Of a stretch of DNA of 64,000 nucleotides, positions 35,444-44,799 are shown in pieces. The first letter of the stretch is position 1. Each line of letters starts with the position of its first letter. The notes under the pieces are model-generated. The model saw nothing but the letters and a program-made list of their open reading frames with translations, did no database searches and was not told the DNA's origin. This stretch comes from a virus. Both the position numbers and the translations under genes were made by a program. The stretch covers positions 9,315 through 73,314 of the IMG/VR virus record IMGVR_UViG_3300022919_000004. One strand, 5' to 3'.

Positions 35444-35861
35444 TCGGATCTTCTCCTTCTCCTAGGTTAATAATGTTGTTTACCACCGGTGCAGATTGGC
35501 TGTTATCTTTCTCAAAAACTCCAATTATCTTACCTAAACTCTCAGTTGCTTTATTTGCCCCTGAGCTGTCAAAACGATATTCACCTGTAGGAATCCCGTT
35601 ACCATTTAAAACAGGCTCAGCAGTCATGCAACGATCTGAAATATCCTTAAACCGTTCCATTACCCACGACTTAGTGATCCCTGATTTCGCGGCCATTTCA
35701 GCGCGCAAAACAGTTAAATACTCCTGAATGTCGTCACGTTGTAGTAATTGCCACCCCTGTTGCTTTGCAGTATCTTCACTAAACCCTGCGTAAATAGCTG
35801 ATTCTTTGGCGTTTAAAGTCTCGAAATATTTATCTGCGAAACGTTGATGATTTTCTTTCAT
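35427..35861 (-). CDS. terS: terminase small subunit
   Basis: FADKY...NAKESAIYAGFSEDTA...QLL. Confidence 0.85.
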   Translation of the reverse strand: MKENHQRFADKYFETLNAKESAIYAGFSEDTAKQQGWQLLQRDDIQEYLTVLRAEMAAKSGITKSWVMERFKDISDRCMTAEPVLNGNGIPTGEYRFDSSGANKATESLGKIIGVFEKDNSQSAPVVNNIINLGEGEDPNAVTA

Positions 35862-35909
35862 GGTAAAGAATAGTAAAGTACTTTGTTAATCAAAGTTAAG
35901 TATAATTTT

Positions 35910-36275
35910 TTATTTCTTTTCCTCGTACCCACACCTATTAACTAGCATATATTTAAATTGATCCAAAGAACGAGGCATAATGTAAATATACCCCAACTTT
36001 TCAACTTTATCCTGGAAAACTTTTTGATCTGTTGATTGAACTCCTATTTCTGTCTTAACCTCTACATATATGTTACTCACCTCGTTTACTATAATAAGAT
36101 CGCTAGCTCCCTTTAAAAGCCCCGTATTTGAAAGTTTCTTTGCTTCTCTTGCGTCACGCTTACCTCCATTAGGAACTGCAAAAATAATGTGCTGCGGATT
36201 ATGGTGATTCAGGCAATAATTATTGTTATACCATATCACTATTTGTTGTTGAATAAAGTCTTCTGTTATTATCAT
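35910..36275 (-). CDS. VRR-NUC nuclease
   Basis: EDFIQ...AVPNGG...GASDLI...EVKT..G.QSTDQ. Confidence 0.85.
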   Translation of the reverse strand: MIITEDFIQQQIVIWYNNNYCLNHHNPQHIIFAVPNGGKRDAREAKKLSNTGLLKGASDLIIVNEVSNIYVEVKTEIGVQSTDQKVFQDKVEKLGYIYIMPRSLDQFKYMLVNRCGYEEKK

Positions 36276-36293
36276 TTTTACGTGTTTTTAAAA

Positions 36294-36594
36294 TGTTCCC
36301 TGTTTTTTTATAAAAATAGCCTAAATTTAAGTTAACTCACTGACTACTAACAATGTTCCCTGTTTTGGTTAAAATCAACAAAAGAGTTTTATAGAATTTA
36401 TATTTTATTTTTTTATAAAAATATATTTTACTCTCTTATGTATAGTTTATTAAAAATTTAGGGAACAAGGGAACATTATATATTTTACTATTTATAAATT
36501 ATTGATTATTAATTGTTTAACTATATATTTAGAATTATTCTAAGGAGGGAACATCGAGGGAACATTAGGGAACATTTGTCTATTTTAGGGAACA
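36294..36594. repeat. 8 x GGGAACA iteron-like repeats around an AT-rich core (putative origin)
   Basis: TGTTCCC at 36294 and 36354; GGGAACA at 36461, 36469, 36547, 36558, 36568, 36588. Confidence 0.7.
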
Positions 36595-38810
36595 TACTGA
36601 AGATTTTGACTGTTTTCATTGAAATTTACATAAAGCAAAATTCCCTTTTTTAACTGCCCGACTGAAATTCGGTGTTGTTTGTATGTTAATTTGTTTTTAG
36701 TAAGCACCTCTTTCAAATCATATTTTGTTGGTTTAATTATCGAATAATTGTTAAGATATTCAAGAATTTCTCCCTGGTTGAGAACCACCGCGCGACTGAA
36801 TCGTTCGGTTTGAGATAGTGAAAAGTGATTAAAAAATATCTCCTCAACTGGCAGAACAAGCTCGTTTTCTTCGCTATTATCTTTAATGTATTGAATATCC
36901 GCTTCCGTCCTTATGATCCATTCAAAACCAGATTTTAAAAGGTTATAAGCCTCTATAATCAACGATGTCTTATCAATGGCTAACATAGTGTCATAATCAA
37001 TAGATTCAACGTTACATGGCAGAATACGCCTGTTTCCGGTAACGTCCTTTAGAACGTCTATTTCGTTGGTTGTACCGCAAAGTATTGCCCTCCTTTTAAA
37101 AGTCTTTGATTCCCTCTCGTAAGGCCTTCTTTGAGTAACTATGTTCATGTCCGAAATAGCTTTATATTCCTTAACGTCCTTAAATGCTTTGCCGCCAAAC
37201 TCATCATCAAGTACCAATAAAGCGTTACAAAGCGTGTACATTGAATCTTTGTCGTGTCCGTTGATCTTTGCCTCAACAATGTATTTATTAAGCTCTGACG
37301 GTAGTACGTTACGCAGAAAAGATGTTTTACCTGTGCCGTGTTGCTGACCGGTTAGTACCAATGTAAGCGGACAAACAAGTTTTTCGTATTTACCAGCGGT
37401 CCAGTTATGAAGCGCGCCAACTATCCATTTCTTAAAGGCCCATGTATTATAATCTTTTTGCGGGTGTATGCAGTTAGAATATTGTTCTATAAAACCTTTT
37501 GGATCTGATTTGTTTGCATCAAGAAATTCTTGGAGCGCATTAACTTTCTTTATTGAATTTGAATTTAGTACTGATCTGACATCACCTATATTTACATTAA
37601 ATTCAAAGTTCTTTTTACAGTTTAGATATATATCGTTAACCTCTGTGTCGGTAAGGTGAGTATCTTTGTTGATATAGCTGATGTTAGTTATGACATCTAT
37701 TGATGGTGTATATGTGTCAAGTATAAAATTTTGCAACTGCTCGATATCAGATATGTCCTTGTTGGCTTCTTTTGAAAAGTCTGTGTTTGATTCAATAAGC
37801 GATTTAATCAGCTCCTTATCTGAATCATTAGCGGTTATTCCATTAGCTACTTTTAAGTTAGAAACAATACTTGAAACAGTTGGTTTACCCTGGCTTTTTC
37901 CGACCTTAACACGATTTATTATAGTCTTTGTCTTTTCGCTGTATACTTCAAGTCCTGCCTCTTTACAGTAGTAATAGAACGTAGCAATAGTGCAAATACC
38001 TGATCCATTCTTCACGAACCCTCTATAATCACGCTCAGCTGACATTTCATTGTATTTCCCACCAAACTGACAAACAAACTTAAACTTTTCTAATCCTGAA
38101 TCCCCAAACTTTGAAGCAATGGCAATTCCAATACGTATATATCTAAAATAATCCTCCTGGCACAAATCCAAAGAACGGTCACGTATCTGGCCTAATAAAT
38201 TATCGAAATCGTCTTCATGAAATATATAATCTACATTTTTAGGTTCCTTGAATCGCTTAATATCTTTAGGTATAAACTTGGCTGATTTTGGGTTGTAAAA
38301 TATATCAGGATCGAAAGACAAGTAGCGAAGCCTATTCTTATTCTTGCAGCTTTGGTCAATTGTAATATCAAAATTATTAAAGTAGTACTCAGCTAAACCA
38401 AAGAAGCTATCTTCAAATTTGTTAGGATCGATTTTAACAAAAACGCAAAAGTTATCACCTGAAAATGACCTGTGTATTAAAAGCGTATGCTTATCGTTCC
38501 TTATAGAATAGTACTTTTCAGAATCTACTTGCTCGTCATCTAGATCCAGTACCATAACACCATTCATAGAGCTGATGTTCTTGGCTTCCTTTGAAAGACC
38601 AGAAATAAACGTACAGCTTGCGGTTATTAGTTTTGACTGACCTTTTAGTTTTTTATAACCATCAACATCACCAGAACTTTTCAATGACCTAGCTTTTAAA
38701 ACTAAATCTTGATTCGCTCCATGCTGAACAAAACCTATGTAGTTATCTAAGGAAATTTCACTGTTTGCAAGGGATGATTTGTTTTCGTAAAAACTGAACT
38801 TAATTTCCAT
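36585..38810 (-). CDS. primase-helicase (BT4734-like N-terminus, PriCT-like, VapE/VirE ATPase)
   Basis: LDLDD, S.SG....F, RLRYLSFDP; GQQHGTGKTSF, LDDE, RRPYER, GTTN, GNRR. Confidence 0.85.
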   Translation of the reverse strand: MEIKFSFYENKSSLANSEISLDNYIGFVQHGANQDLVLKARSLKSSGDVDGYKKLKGQSKLITASCTFISGLSKEAKNISSMNGVMVLDLDDEQVDSEKYYSIRNDKHTLLIHRSFSGDNFCVFVKIDPNKFEDSFFGLAEYYFNNFDITIDQSCKNKNRLRYLSFDPDIFYNPKSAKFIPKDIKRFKEPKNVDYIFHEDDFDNLLGQIRDRSLDLCQEDYFRYIRIGIAIASKFGDSGLEKFKFVCQFGGKYNEMSAERDYRGFVKNGSGICTIATFYYYCKEAGLEVYSEKTKTIINRVKVGKSQGKPTVSSIVSNLKVANGITANDSDKELIKSLIESNTDFSKEANKDISDIEQLQNFILDTYTPSIDVITNISYINKDTHLTDTEVNDIYLNCKKNFEFNVNIGDVRSVLNSNSIKKVNALQEFLDANKSDPKGFIEQYSNCIHPQKDYNTWAFKKWIVGALHNWTAGKYEKLVCPLTLVLTGQQHGTGKTSFLRNVLPSELNKYIVEAKINGHDKDSMYTLCNALLVLDDEFGGKAFKDVKEYKAISDMNIVTQRRPYERESKTFKRRAILCGTTNEIDVLKDVTGNRRILPCNVESIDYDTMLAIDKTSLIIEAYNLLKSGFEWIIRTEADIQYIKDNSEENELVLPVEEIFFNHFSLSQTERFSRAVVLNQGEILEYLNNYSIIKPTKYDLKEVLTKNKLTYKQHRISVGQLKKGILLYVNFNENSQNLQYVP

Positions 38811-40467
38811 AGTATTCTTCTAATTTGGTTAGGGTTTTGTTAGTTAGATGCGCTATTGTTCTGCGCCCTTCGGTCTGAATATCGCTTTTAGACAGGAGTA
38901 CAAAATAGCACTTATTAATCATTGTCTTTACTCTTTTCTGTAACTTTCCTGATGCAAGAGTATTTAAGTAAGTTGTTTTGCTCACCCTGTAGTACCTGAA
39001 CATATCAACTATTTGGCTGATCATTATTTTAAAAGCAAAATTTATATTTTCCTCTTTTTTTAATGTGTATTGATATATTTTTTCACCGTTAGGCGGTGGT
39101 ATTTTCCTAATTGGCATTAGTACATCTTCTGAAAGTGATTTTTCCTGATGCTTTTTTGGCTCCGGTAAAATAACGAATCCGCATTCCGGGCAGCAAGATT
39201 CAGTTTTCATATACATAGATCCGCATTCCGGGCAATTCTGTACATCAAATGCCTCTTGTTTCTTTGGTTTTGTAGATCCTACACCCTCTCTAAATATCTT
39301 ATGCCAATCTCGTGAAGGGTCACTAAATTCCTGGTGTCTATCAATGTTTCCTCCACCATCAACAAAAACGAAATGAGGTTTATATATTTTGTCGGTTGAC
39401 CTTGCCCCCCTACCAACAATTTGAATGTATAAGGCAAGGCTGTTTGTCGCAAAATTCATTATAATTGCTTCAACCTCCTTAACATCAAATCCCGTTGTAA
39501 AGCATCCAACATTTAACAGTACGGCATCATCTTCTTCTTTGAACCACTTGACTAATTCAGTTCTTGATCCTGACTGTTCTTTATTGACTGAATCGTACAT
39601 TCTGACGTTTATTCCAGCTTCTTTAAACTTCTCATAAACCATCAAGTTTCCTTTTGATGAACCGTTAAATATCATAGTTTTACGGCCTTTACAATAGGCT
39701 TCGTAATTAAGCACAACATTAAACACTGCATCATCATTTGAATACGCTTCGTCTGTTGATTTTGATGTAATTTCGCCATCTGATCCAGTTACTAATTTTC
39801 CAGTATCAGCGTAGTCTTTTATAAATGATAGTTCCTGAACTAAATTTCCTCTTTCTATTAATTCTTTTATAGGCGGTCCTATTATTATTTCCTCATATAA
39901 TTCGGACATAGAAAAAGGTCGGGACCATTCCTGAGTAATTTCTTCGCAACATTCTATTTCTTCATTGTAATCCTCTTTACAATGCTTGCACTTCCAAAAT
40001 TTAATGCGCTTTAGCACTACAGGCGTAGCGGTAACACCTAGTATCTTTGAAGATTTAAAGAAGTCAAAAACTTTGTCGAATAGCATTAAGTGGCATTCGT
40101 CCGCAATCACTAAATCCACGTTTTTAAAGAAAAAAGGATCTTTAACTAACCTGTTATACGCGGTTTGTATCATTGATACATAGCACTGTGAATCATGATT
40201 TAATTTTGATACTTTAGATGTTACTTTCTCGCAAGTAACTCCTATCATATTCATTGATTCTATTGTTTGCGTTACAAGTTCATTTCTGTGACACAAAATA
40301 AGGACGCGCTTACCTGTGCGTTCATTCCATCTTTTAGTAAGGAAAGAGAACACAAACGTCTTGCCCCCTGCTGTTGAAAGCTGATAGAGTATTTTATTTT
40401 TTGTCTGGAATAAGTTGTGTATTTGAGTAAGTGCTTCTTCCTGGTAATCATGAGGTTTAATTGCCAT
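38800..40467 (-). CDS. SF2 DEAD/DEAH helicase with Zn fingers
   Basis: STAGGKT, DECH, GVTATP, QIVGRGAR, CPECG. Confidence 0.9.
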   Translation of the reverse strand: MAIKPHDYQEEALTQIHNLFQTKNKILYQLSTAGGKTFVFSFLTKRWNERTGKRVLILCHRNELVTQTIESMNMIGVTCEKVTSKVSKLNHDSQCYVSMIQTAYNRLVKDPFFFKNVDLVIADECHLMLFDKVFDFFKSSKILGVTATPVVLKRIKFWKCKHCKEDYNEEIECCEEITQEWSRPFSMSELYEEIIIGPPIKELIERGNLVQELSFIKDYADTGKLVTGSDGEITSKSTDEAYSNDDAVFNVVLNYEAYCKGRKTMIFNGSSKGNLMVYEKFKEAGINVRMYDSVNKEQSGSRTELVKWFKEEDDAVLLNVGCFTTGFDVKEVEAIIMNFATNSLALYIQIVGRGARSTDKIYKPHFVFVDGGGNIDRHQEFSDPSRDWHKIFREGVGSTKPKKQEAFDVQNCPECGSMYMKTESCCPECGFVILPEPKKHQEKSLSEDVLMPIRKIPPPNGEKIYQYTLKKEENINFAFKIMISQIVDMFRYYRVSKTTYLNTLASGKLQKRVKTMINKCYFVLLSKSDIQTEGRRTIAHLTNKTLTKLEEYYGN

Positions 40468-40771
40468 ATTTAGCCTCCATTTCACGAAGTTTTAAATATA
40501 GTCTCCAATACATCATTTTACCATCCATACGAGGTAGACCAGGAACAAAAGAGCATTCCTCTTTAGCCGCATCAATGTAAGCTATATCCTGAGTAATGGA
40601 CCAAATTTTTAATCTTATTTCGCCAATATCCGGCATTAATGATTTACTGAAAAACTTAACATAATTTTCGCAACCATTGCAGACCTGTTTAATATGCGGC
40701 CCAGCATAAACGAATTTTGCTTCATCATGTAATCCGCAGATTTGGCATGAATGAGGTATCAATAATTCCAT
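40457..40771 (-). CDS. Zn-ribbon hypothetical protein
   Basis: CQICG...CNGC; ATG 40771. Confidence 0.6.
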   Translation of the reverse strand: MELLIPHSCQICGLHDEAKFVYAGPHIKQVCNGCENYVKFFSKSLMPDIGEIRLKIWSITQDIAYIDAAKEECSFVPGLPRMDGKMMYWRLYLKLREMEAKYGN

Positions 40772-40892
40772 AAATAAAATAACGAAGCCCCCAACGGAAA
40801 ACGGCATCGACTCCGTAACCATTGAAGGGCTGAATAATTTTTTAAACTAGCTGGTCGATGTTCAGCTTTTTATTAAGGTACTAATGTACGAC

Positions 40893-42107
40893 TTAATCAG
40901 GTATTAAATCAGATAATCGCCTCTTTTCCTTAATTGATTTATACTTTTCGTACGCCTCTGATTTAGGTTGTGTTTGCCCTAAGCCCTTGCAATAATAATC
41001 ATTACGCAATATGCAACGAGCCATACGTTTCCATGACGGCGCCCAGCATTTAACTTCTAATTGATGCGGTGCCTGATCTGGTATTACCCCATAACCGCGT
41101 TTCTTCCATCCAACGATAAACTTAATGAAGTTCTTTTTATAGTGGATCTGCATATTTACAGGCAAGGAACGCAAAAGGTAATTGGTATAACTTTCCCAAG
41201 TATGATTTTCAGGTTTGGTAATGTCGTTATACCCATTAATATTTCCGCGTTCCTGAATGTATAGGCTTCCCGAATTTACCCCGCTTACTCGATTAAGTAA
41301 CTTCGACCACGTATCATTTTCTAAAATATGGTATAGCCATAAGCCCCGCTTTTGGTCGTCTCCGAAAGGCTGACATAAACGCTGATTGCTTAATTTAACC
41401 CCAGCCATAGTCATCATATCGTAAATCTTATTATGTGACAAGTGTTTGTTTTTAGAATGGAATACCCAAATGTCCTCTGTGCGCCAATCGTAAATAGGGT
41501 ACACGTTAAACAGACCGGATGCAACTTTAGTCGTCCACTTATAACCGCGGTGCATTAATCCCGTTTTATCAGACACAATAGCCCGGTAACGATGTAAACT
41601 TTCATCTGCACGTATGCCTATAAAACCAGCGGTTAACGATCCGTTTGCGTACCATTTACCAAACAGAACCATAAACTCTTCAAACTCCATTTTCGGAATG
41701 TAAAAATCGTACTGCGATAAGTCGGAAGCTAATTCTGGTTTTTGTCGTACCCAAATATCTTTATTCGATTCATCCCAGCATATCCATTTAGGTTGAAAAT
41801 CGCTAACTGCATTCCTTAATAGCAATTCCCCGCAAAACCAATGCAATTCGATATGATCTTTATATAGATCAATCATTTCCCGCAAATGCTCAATCGTGTG
41901 CTTATACTGTGCTTCCAGGTCAATGATAAGTAATGCAACTTTAACACCCCTACGCATTGCCTCTTCCATTACCAGGTGTGTCATTACGGTACTATCTTTA
42001 CCACCTGAAAAGCTGATATAATATTTATCGAACTGGTCGAAAACTTTGCTAACCCGTTCTTTAGCGGCCTCTAATACCGAAACGTTTAAATATTTCTTAG
42101 TTGCCAT
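40893..42107 (-). CDS. PAPS-reductase-family (PP-loop) + DUF3440 protein, IbrA-like
   Basis: SFSGGKDS, GIRADES..R, YPIYDW..EDIW, WKRM...ILRND. Confidence 0.85.
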   Translation of the reverse strand: MATKKYLNVSVLEAAKERVSKVFDQFDKYYISFSGGKDSTVMTHLVMEEAMRRGVKVALLIIDLEAQYKHTIEHLREMIDLYKDHIELHWFCGELLLRNAVSDFQPKWICWDESNKDIWVRQKPELASDLSQYDFYIPKMEFEEFMVLFGKWYANGSLTAGFIGIRADESLHRYRAIVSDKTGLMHRGYKWTTKVASGLFNVYPIYDWRTEDIWVFHSKNKHLSHNKIYDMMTMAGVKLSNQRLCQPFGDDQKRGLWLYHILENDTWSKLLNRVSGVNSGSLYIQERGNINGYNDITKPENHTWESYTNYLLRSLPVNMQIHYKKNFIKFIVGWKKRGYGVIPDQAPHQLEVKCWAPSWKRMARCILRNDYYCKGLGQTQPKSEAYEKYKSIKEKRRLSDLIPD

Positions 42108-42108
42108 A

Positions 42109-43257
42109 TTAATACAGTTCTACTTGTCTACCAATAATTGCCGCCTCGTTTAATTCGATTTCAGCAAGCGCATTTTCTTTTAACCAAATGTTCAGGTATT
42201 TTAATGCCACTTCATTTGCTACAGCCTGTTCCTGTTCACTTAGCTTAAACCATGCTCCCGAATATTTAGAGGGCACACCTGATTTGTAGCAAACGGCAGC
42301 CTGACCTAACCAAGCGATACGGTTCATTGACTTATTAGTTAAATAATGCTCGCATGAGTGTTTCCATTCTTTAGTTAACTTTTGTAAGACTGACCCGAAC
42401 AACTCAGGGTCACCCAACACACGTACATACTCAGCTTCGCACTGTTCGTCTGACCAACCCTGTTTTTTATTCTCGTAAAACCCGGCCTTATGGCATTCCC
42501 ATTTATCGAACGTGTGGAAGATACGCGTCTGATCTGATTCATTAGGAATTTTGTATAAATCCAAAACGTCCTGCTCAACAATGTCAGATAACACTTCATA
42601 TTCCCCGGTGTATTCCGAACTTTCCCACGCTTTGCTGAAATCGTTATCTGAAAACAAATGTTCCAAACCGGACACCTGGCAAAGTCGTAATACTTCTTCT
42701 TCGTCCATACCTAACTGTTTGGAAATTCTTTGATTGGTCCAGTTACGATTTTTAAGCTCTATAACGATAGAGCTCATTGCATCGACCTGATGTTTACCTC
42801 TTGCTCTATTGTGTCGTATAGTGGACGCGATACGGTCATTCTTACCCGACTGTTCGGTACGAATGTTCACTACAGGCAAATACCCCATAACGCGCTGTTT
42901 TACTACCTTAGATTCCTTGCCAACGCGCGAACGGTGAAACCCATCTACTACCTCAATATTCGCGTCTGTTTCCCAGGCCACTATTGGTTGCGTATACCCA
43001 TCGTTTAATATTGACACCTCTAATAGCTCCATTTCCGGGCTGGCAACTTTATTAGGATTCCACTCGTTAGCCACTACCGTTTCGTTTTTTACCCACTTAA
43101 CGAAGTCAATCGGTTCGTTTTTGAACGGGCTTACTTCGTGTAGAAATTCCCGCATCCGGTTAAGGATACGGATTTTTTGTTCCAACTCGCAATGCTGCAG
43201 GTCGTCGCAGAACTCAGACATTCTGATAATCATGTAATTTTCTGAAAATTCATTCAT
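42109..43257 (-). CDS. ParB/Srx-domain protein, IbrB-like, fused to an extra C-terminal domain
   Basis: NEWNPN, DGYTQPIV, VVDGFHR, TIRHNRARGKH; C-terminal WECHKAGFY...NRIAWLGQAA. Confidence 0.85.
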   Translation of the reverse strand: MNEFSENYMIIRMSEFCDDLQHCELEQKIRILNRMREFLHEVSPFKNEPIDFVKWVKNETVVANEWNPNKVASPEMELLEVSILNDGYTQPIVAWETDANIEVVDGFHRSRVGKESKVVKQRVMGYLPVVNIRTEQSGKNDRIASTIRHNRARGKHQVDAMSSIVIELKNRNWTNQRISKQLGMDEEEVLRLCQVSGLEHLFSDNDFSKAWESSEYTGEYEVLSDIVEQDVLDLYKIPNESDQTRIFHTFDKWECHKAGFYENKKQGWSDEQCEAEYVRVLGDPELFGSVLQKLTKEWKHSCEHYLTNKSMNRIAWLGQAAVCYKSGVPSKYSGAWFKLSEQEQAVANEVALKYLNIWLKENALAEIELNEAAIIGRQVELY

Positions 43258-43308
43258 GTTATTAGGTTTTGTTTTTTATAAAGATAGGGGTAATTGTAAT
43301 CCATTGAT

Positions 43309-43324
43309 GTCACAATGTTGTTAC
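43309..43324. promoter_or_regulatory. box GTCACA-ATGT-TGTTAC upstream of the TATCTTTA promoter of ParB/PAPS operon
   Basis: 11/12 match. Confidence 0.7.
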
Positions 43325-43504
43325 TCAAAACAACTCCAATTGCCCTGTTTGCGGTTTCGGTGGTGTGTATCCCATTTTCTGCCACCTTTCAGCCATTTCT
43401 TCTTTGCTGTATATTTTGGTCAGTACAGCTTCTCTTTCGTGGATTGCCTGTTGAATATACTCGTAATCTAATAGACCAGATGCCCATTCTTGAAACGCAT
43501 TCAT
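43325..43504 (-). CDS. 59-aa protein ending GQLELF
   Basis: Manual: MNAFQEWASGLLDYEYIQQAIHERE...PPKPQTGQLELF; ATGA-coupled to MTase. Confidence 0.6.
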   Translation of the reverse strand: MNAFQEWASGLLDYEYIQQAIHEREAVLTKIYSKEEMAERWQKMGYTPPKPQTGQLELF

Positions 43505-44199
43505 AAGAATAGGGATTGTTGTATGTTATTGAAGTGTGTATGCTCATTAGTCCAAATTGCTTCTATTGTAGGTTTTGAAGATATACTTCTAATTGCTTTT
43601 ATTGGGATAAAAGGTAACCACTTAGCTTTTGTATTTTCACAAACTATAACTTGCCCAAGCCTTGATCTGCACCATTTAGAGAGATATTCGAAATCAATTT
43701 TGTTTTCCTTATAGGCATGCCCCCCAAACTGATAAGGAGGATCTATAAACCAAGTAGCATCGCGGTTTTGTAAATCCAAATAATCCATTTGTAATATATT
43801 CCAATGCTTTATTTTGAAAAGATTATCTGCAACTATTTTATATTTATTGGCTCTACCGTTTTGTTCTGCTGCAAATTTGCTCACTTTATTTCGTGGACTA
43901 GTACTCGATATACCTGCATTCATTGCCATAAAAAGAAACTCTCCCTCACTCAAATTGAAAGATCTCAGGTCATCTCCAGTTTTTAATTTTGGTAATGATA
44001 ATATATCATTTCTAGAACATTTCTGTAACCATAGCCAAATTTTTATAATTACATCATACTTGTCAATTATGGTGACATCATTATCAAAATATTTTAAGGC
44101 ATATCTAGCAGTCCCCGCAAATGGCTCAATTATAGTTTTATTTTTAGGCTTCGGATATAAATCTACAAGCATTGATTTGCTACCGTAATAACTCCACAT
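43501..44199 (-). CDS. Dam/D12-class N6-adenine DNA methyltransferase
   Basis: YYGSK, EPFAG, IDPPY. Confidence 0.85.
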   Translation of the reverse strand: MWSYYGSKSMLVDLYPKPKNKTIIEPFAGTARYALKYFDNDVTIIDKYDVIIKIWLWLQKCSRNDILSLPKLKTGDDLRSFNLSEGEFLFMAMNAGISSTSPRNKVSKFAAEQNGRANKYKIVADNLFKIKHWNILQMDYLDLQNRDATWFIDPPYQFGGHAYKENKIDFEYLSKWCRSRLGQVIVCENTKAKWLPFIPIKAIRSISSKPTIEAIWTNEHTHFNNIQQSLFL

Positions 44200-44248
44200 T
44201 TTTTTTCTTATTTATCCCGCAATATACACCTTACTATCTTATCATAAA

Positions 44249-44264
44249 GTAACAAGTCAGTTAC
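44249..44264. promoter_or_regulatory. box GTAACA-AGTC-AGTTAC upstream of the adenine MTase
   Basis: 11/12 match. Confidence 0.7.
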
Positions 44265-44470
44265 ACTAAATAAACAACCTTATCCATATCTCTCGGCTTA
44301 GTCAACCATCCATCTGGCCTTTTGACTTTCAAAGGATCATGACCGATAACGCTATGTATTCCCTGGTATCCGTAATACTGGAACTTATTACCGTATCGCA
44401 ACTCAGACATTTTAACAGCCTTGCCCGATGGTATAAATATAGGATCTGGTAAGTAGCAGGTGAAGGGCAT
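44261..44470 (-). CDS. hypothetical protein
   Basis: ORF track; TAATG coupling. Confidence 0.55.
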   Translation of the reverse strand: MPFTCYLPDPIFIPSGKAVKMSELRYGNKFQYYGYQGIHSVIGHDPLKVKRPDGWLTKPRDMDKVVYLV

Positions 44471-44700
44471 TACACTTTTGATTTTAAGGTTATTGTTTCT
44501 GTTGTTTCGGATAAGCGTTTCTTAAATCCTAAATCCAGGATACGCGCTACATGATTTTCGCTTTTACCTGTAATGTGTGCGATTTCTTTTGTTGACTTAC
44601 CGCACCCGAAAAATAATTCAAGCGCCTGAGCCTTTATTTCTGGTAGTGTTGGGCTTGTTCTGGTGGGCAATCCGCGCTTACTATATTTACGTTTTTCCAT
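44470..44700 (-). CDS. sigma70-r4-like HTH protein
   Basis: ALELFFGCGKSTKEIAHITGKSENHVARIL; ATG 44700 preferred. Confidence 0.6.
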   Translation of the reverse strand: MEKRKYSKRGLPTRTSPTLPEIKAQALELFFGCGKSTKEIAHITGKSENHVARILDLGFKKRLSETTETITLKSKV

Positions 44701-44799
44701 GCACCCCAAAAGCCGGAACAAGTCCGGCCAATTGAGTGTAAGAAGATATTTCAATTTAATTTTTACGCCTAACTATTCTGATCCGGTTAGGCTTGCGGA

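Noticed and set aside
44711-44729. CCGGA-N5-TCCGG as a Bacteroidota LexA (GGA-N5-TCC) SOS box
   Set aside because: The homologous unit 1 site has a 6-nt spacer and stem-preserving changes, which fits an RNA hairpin better; not fully excluded
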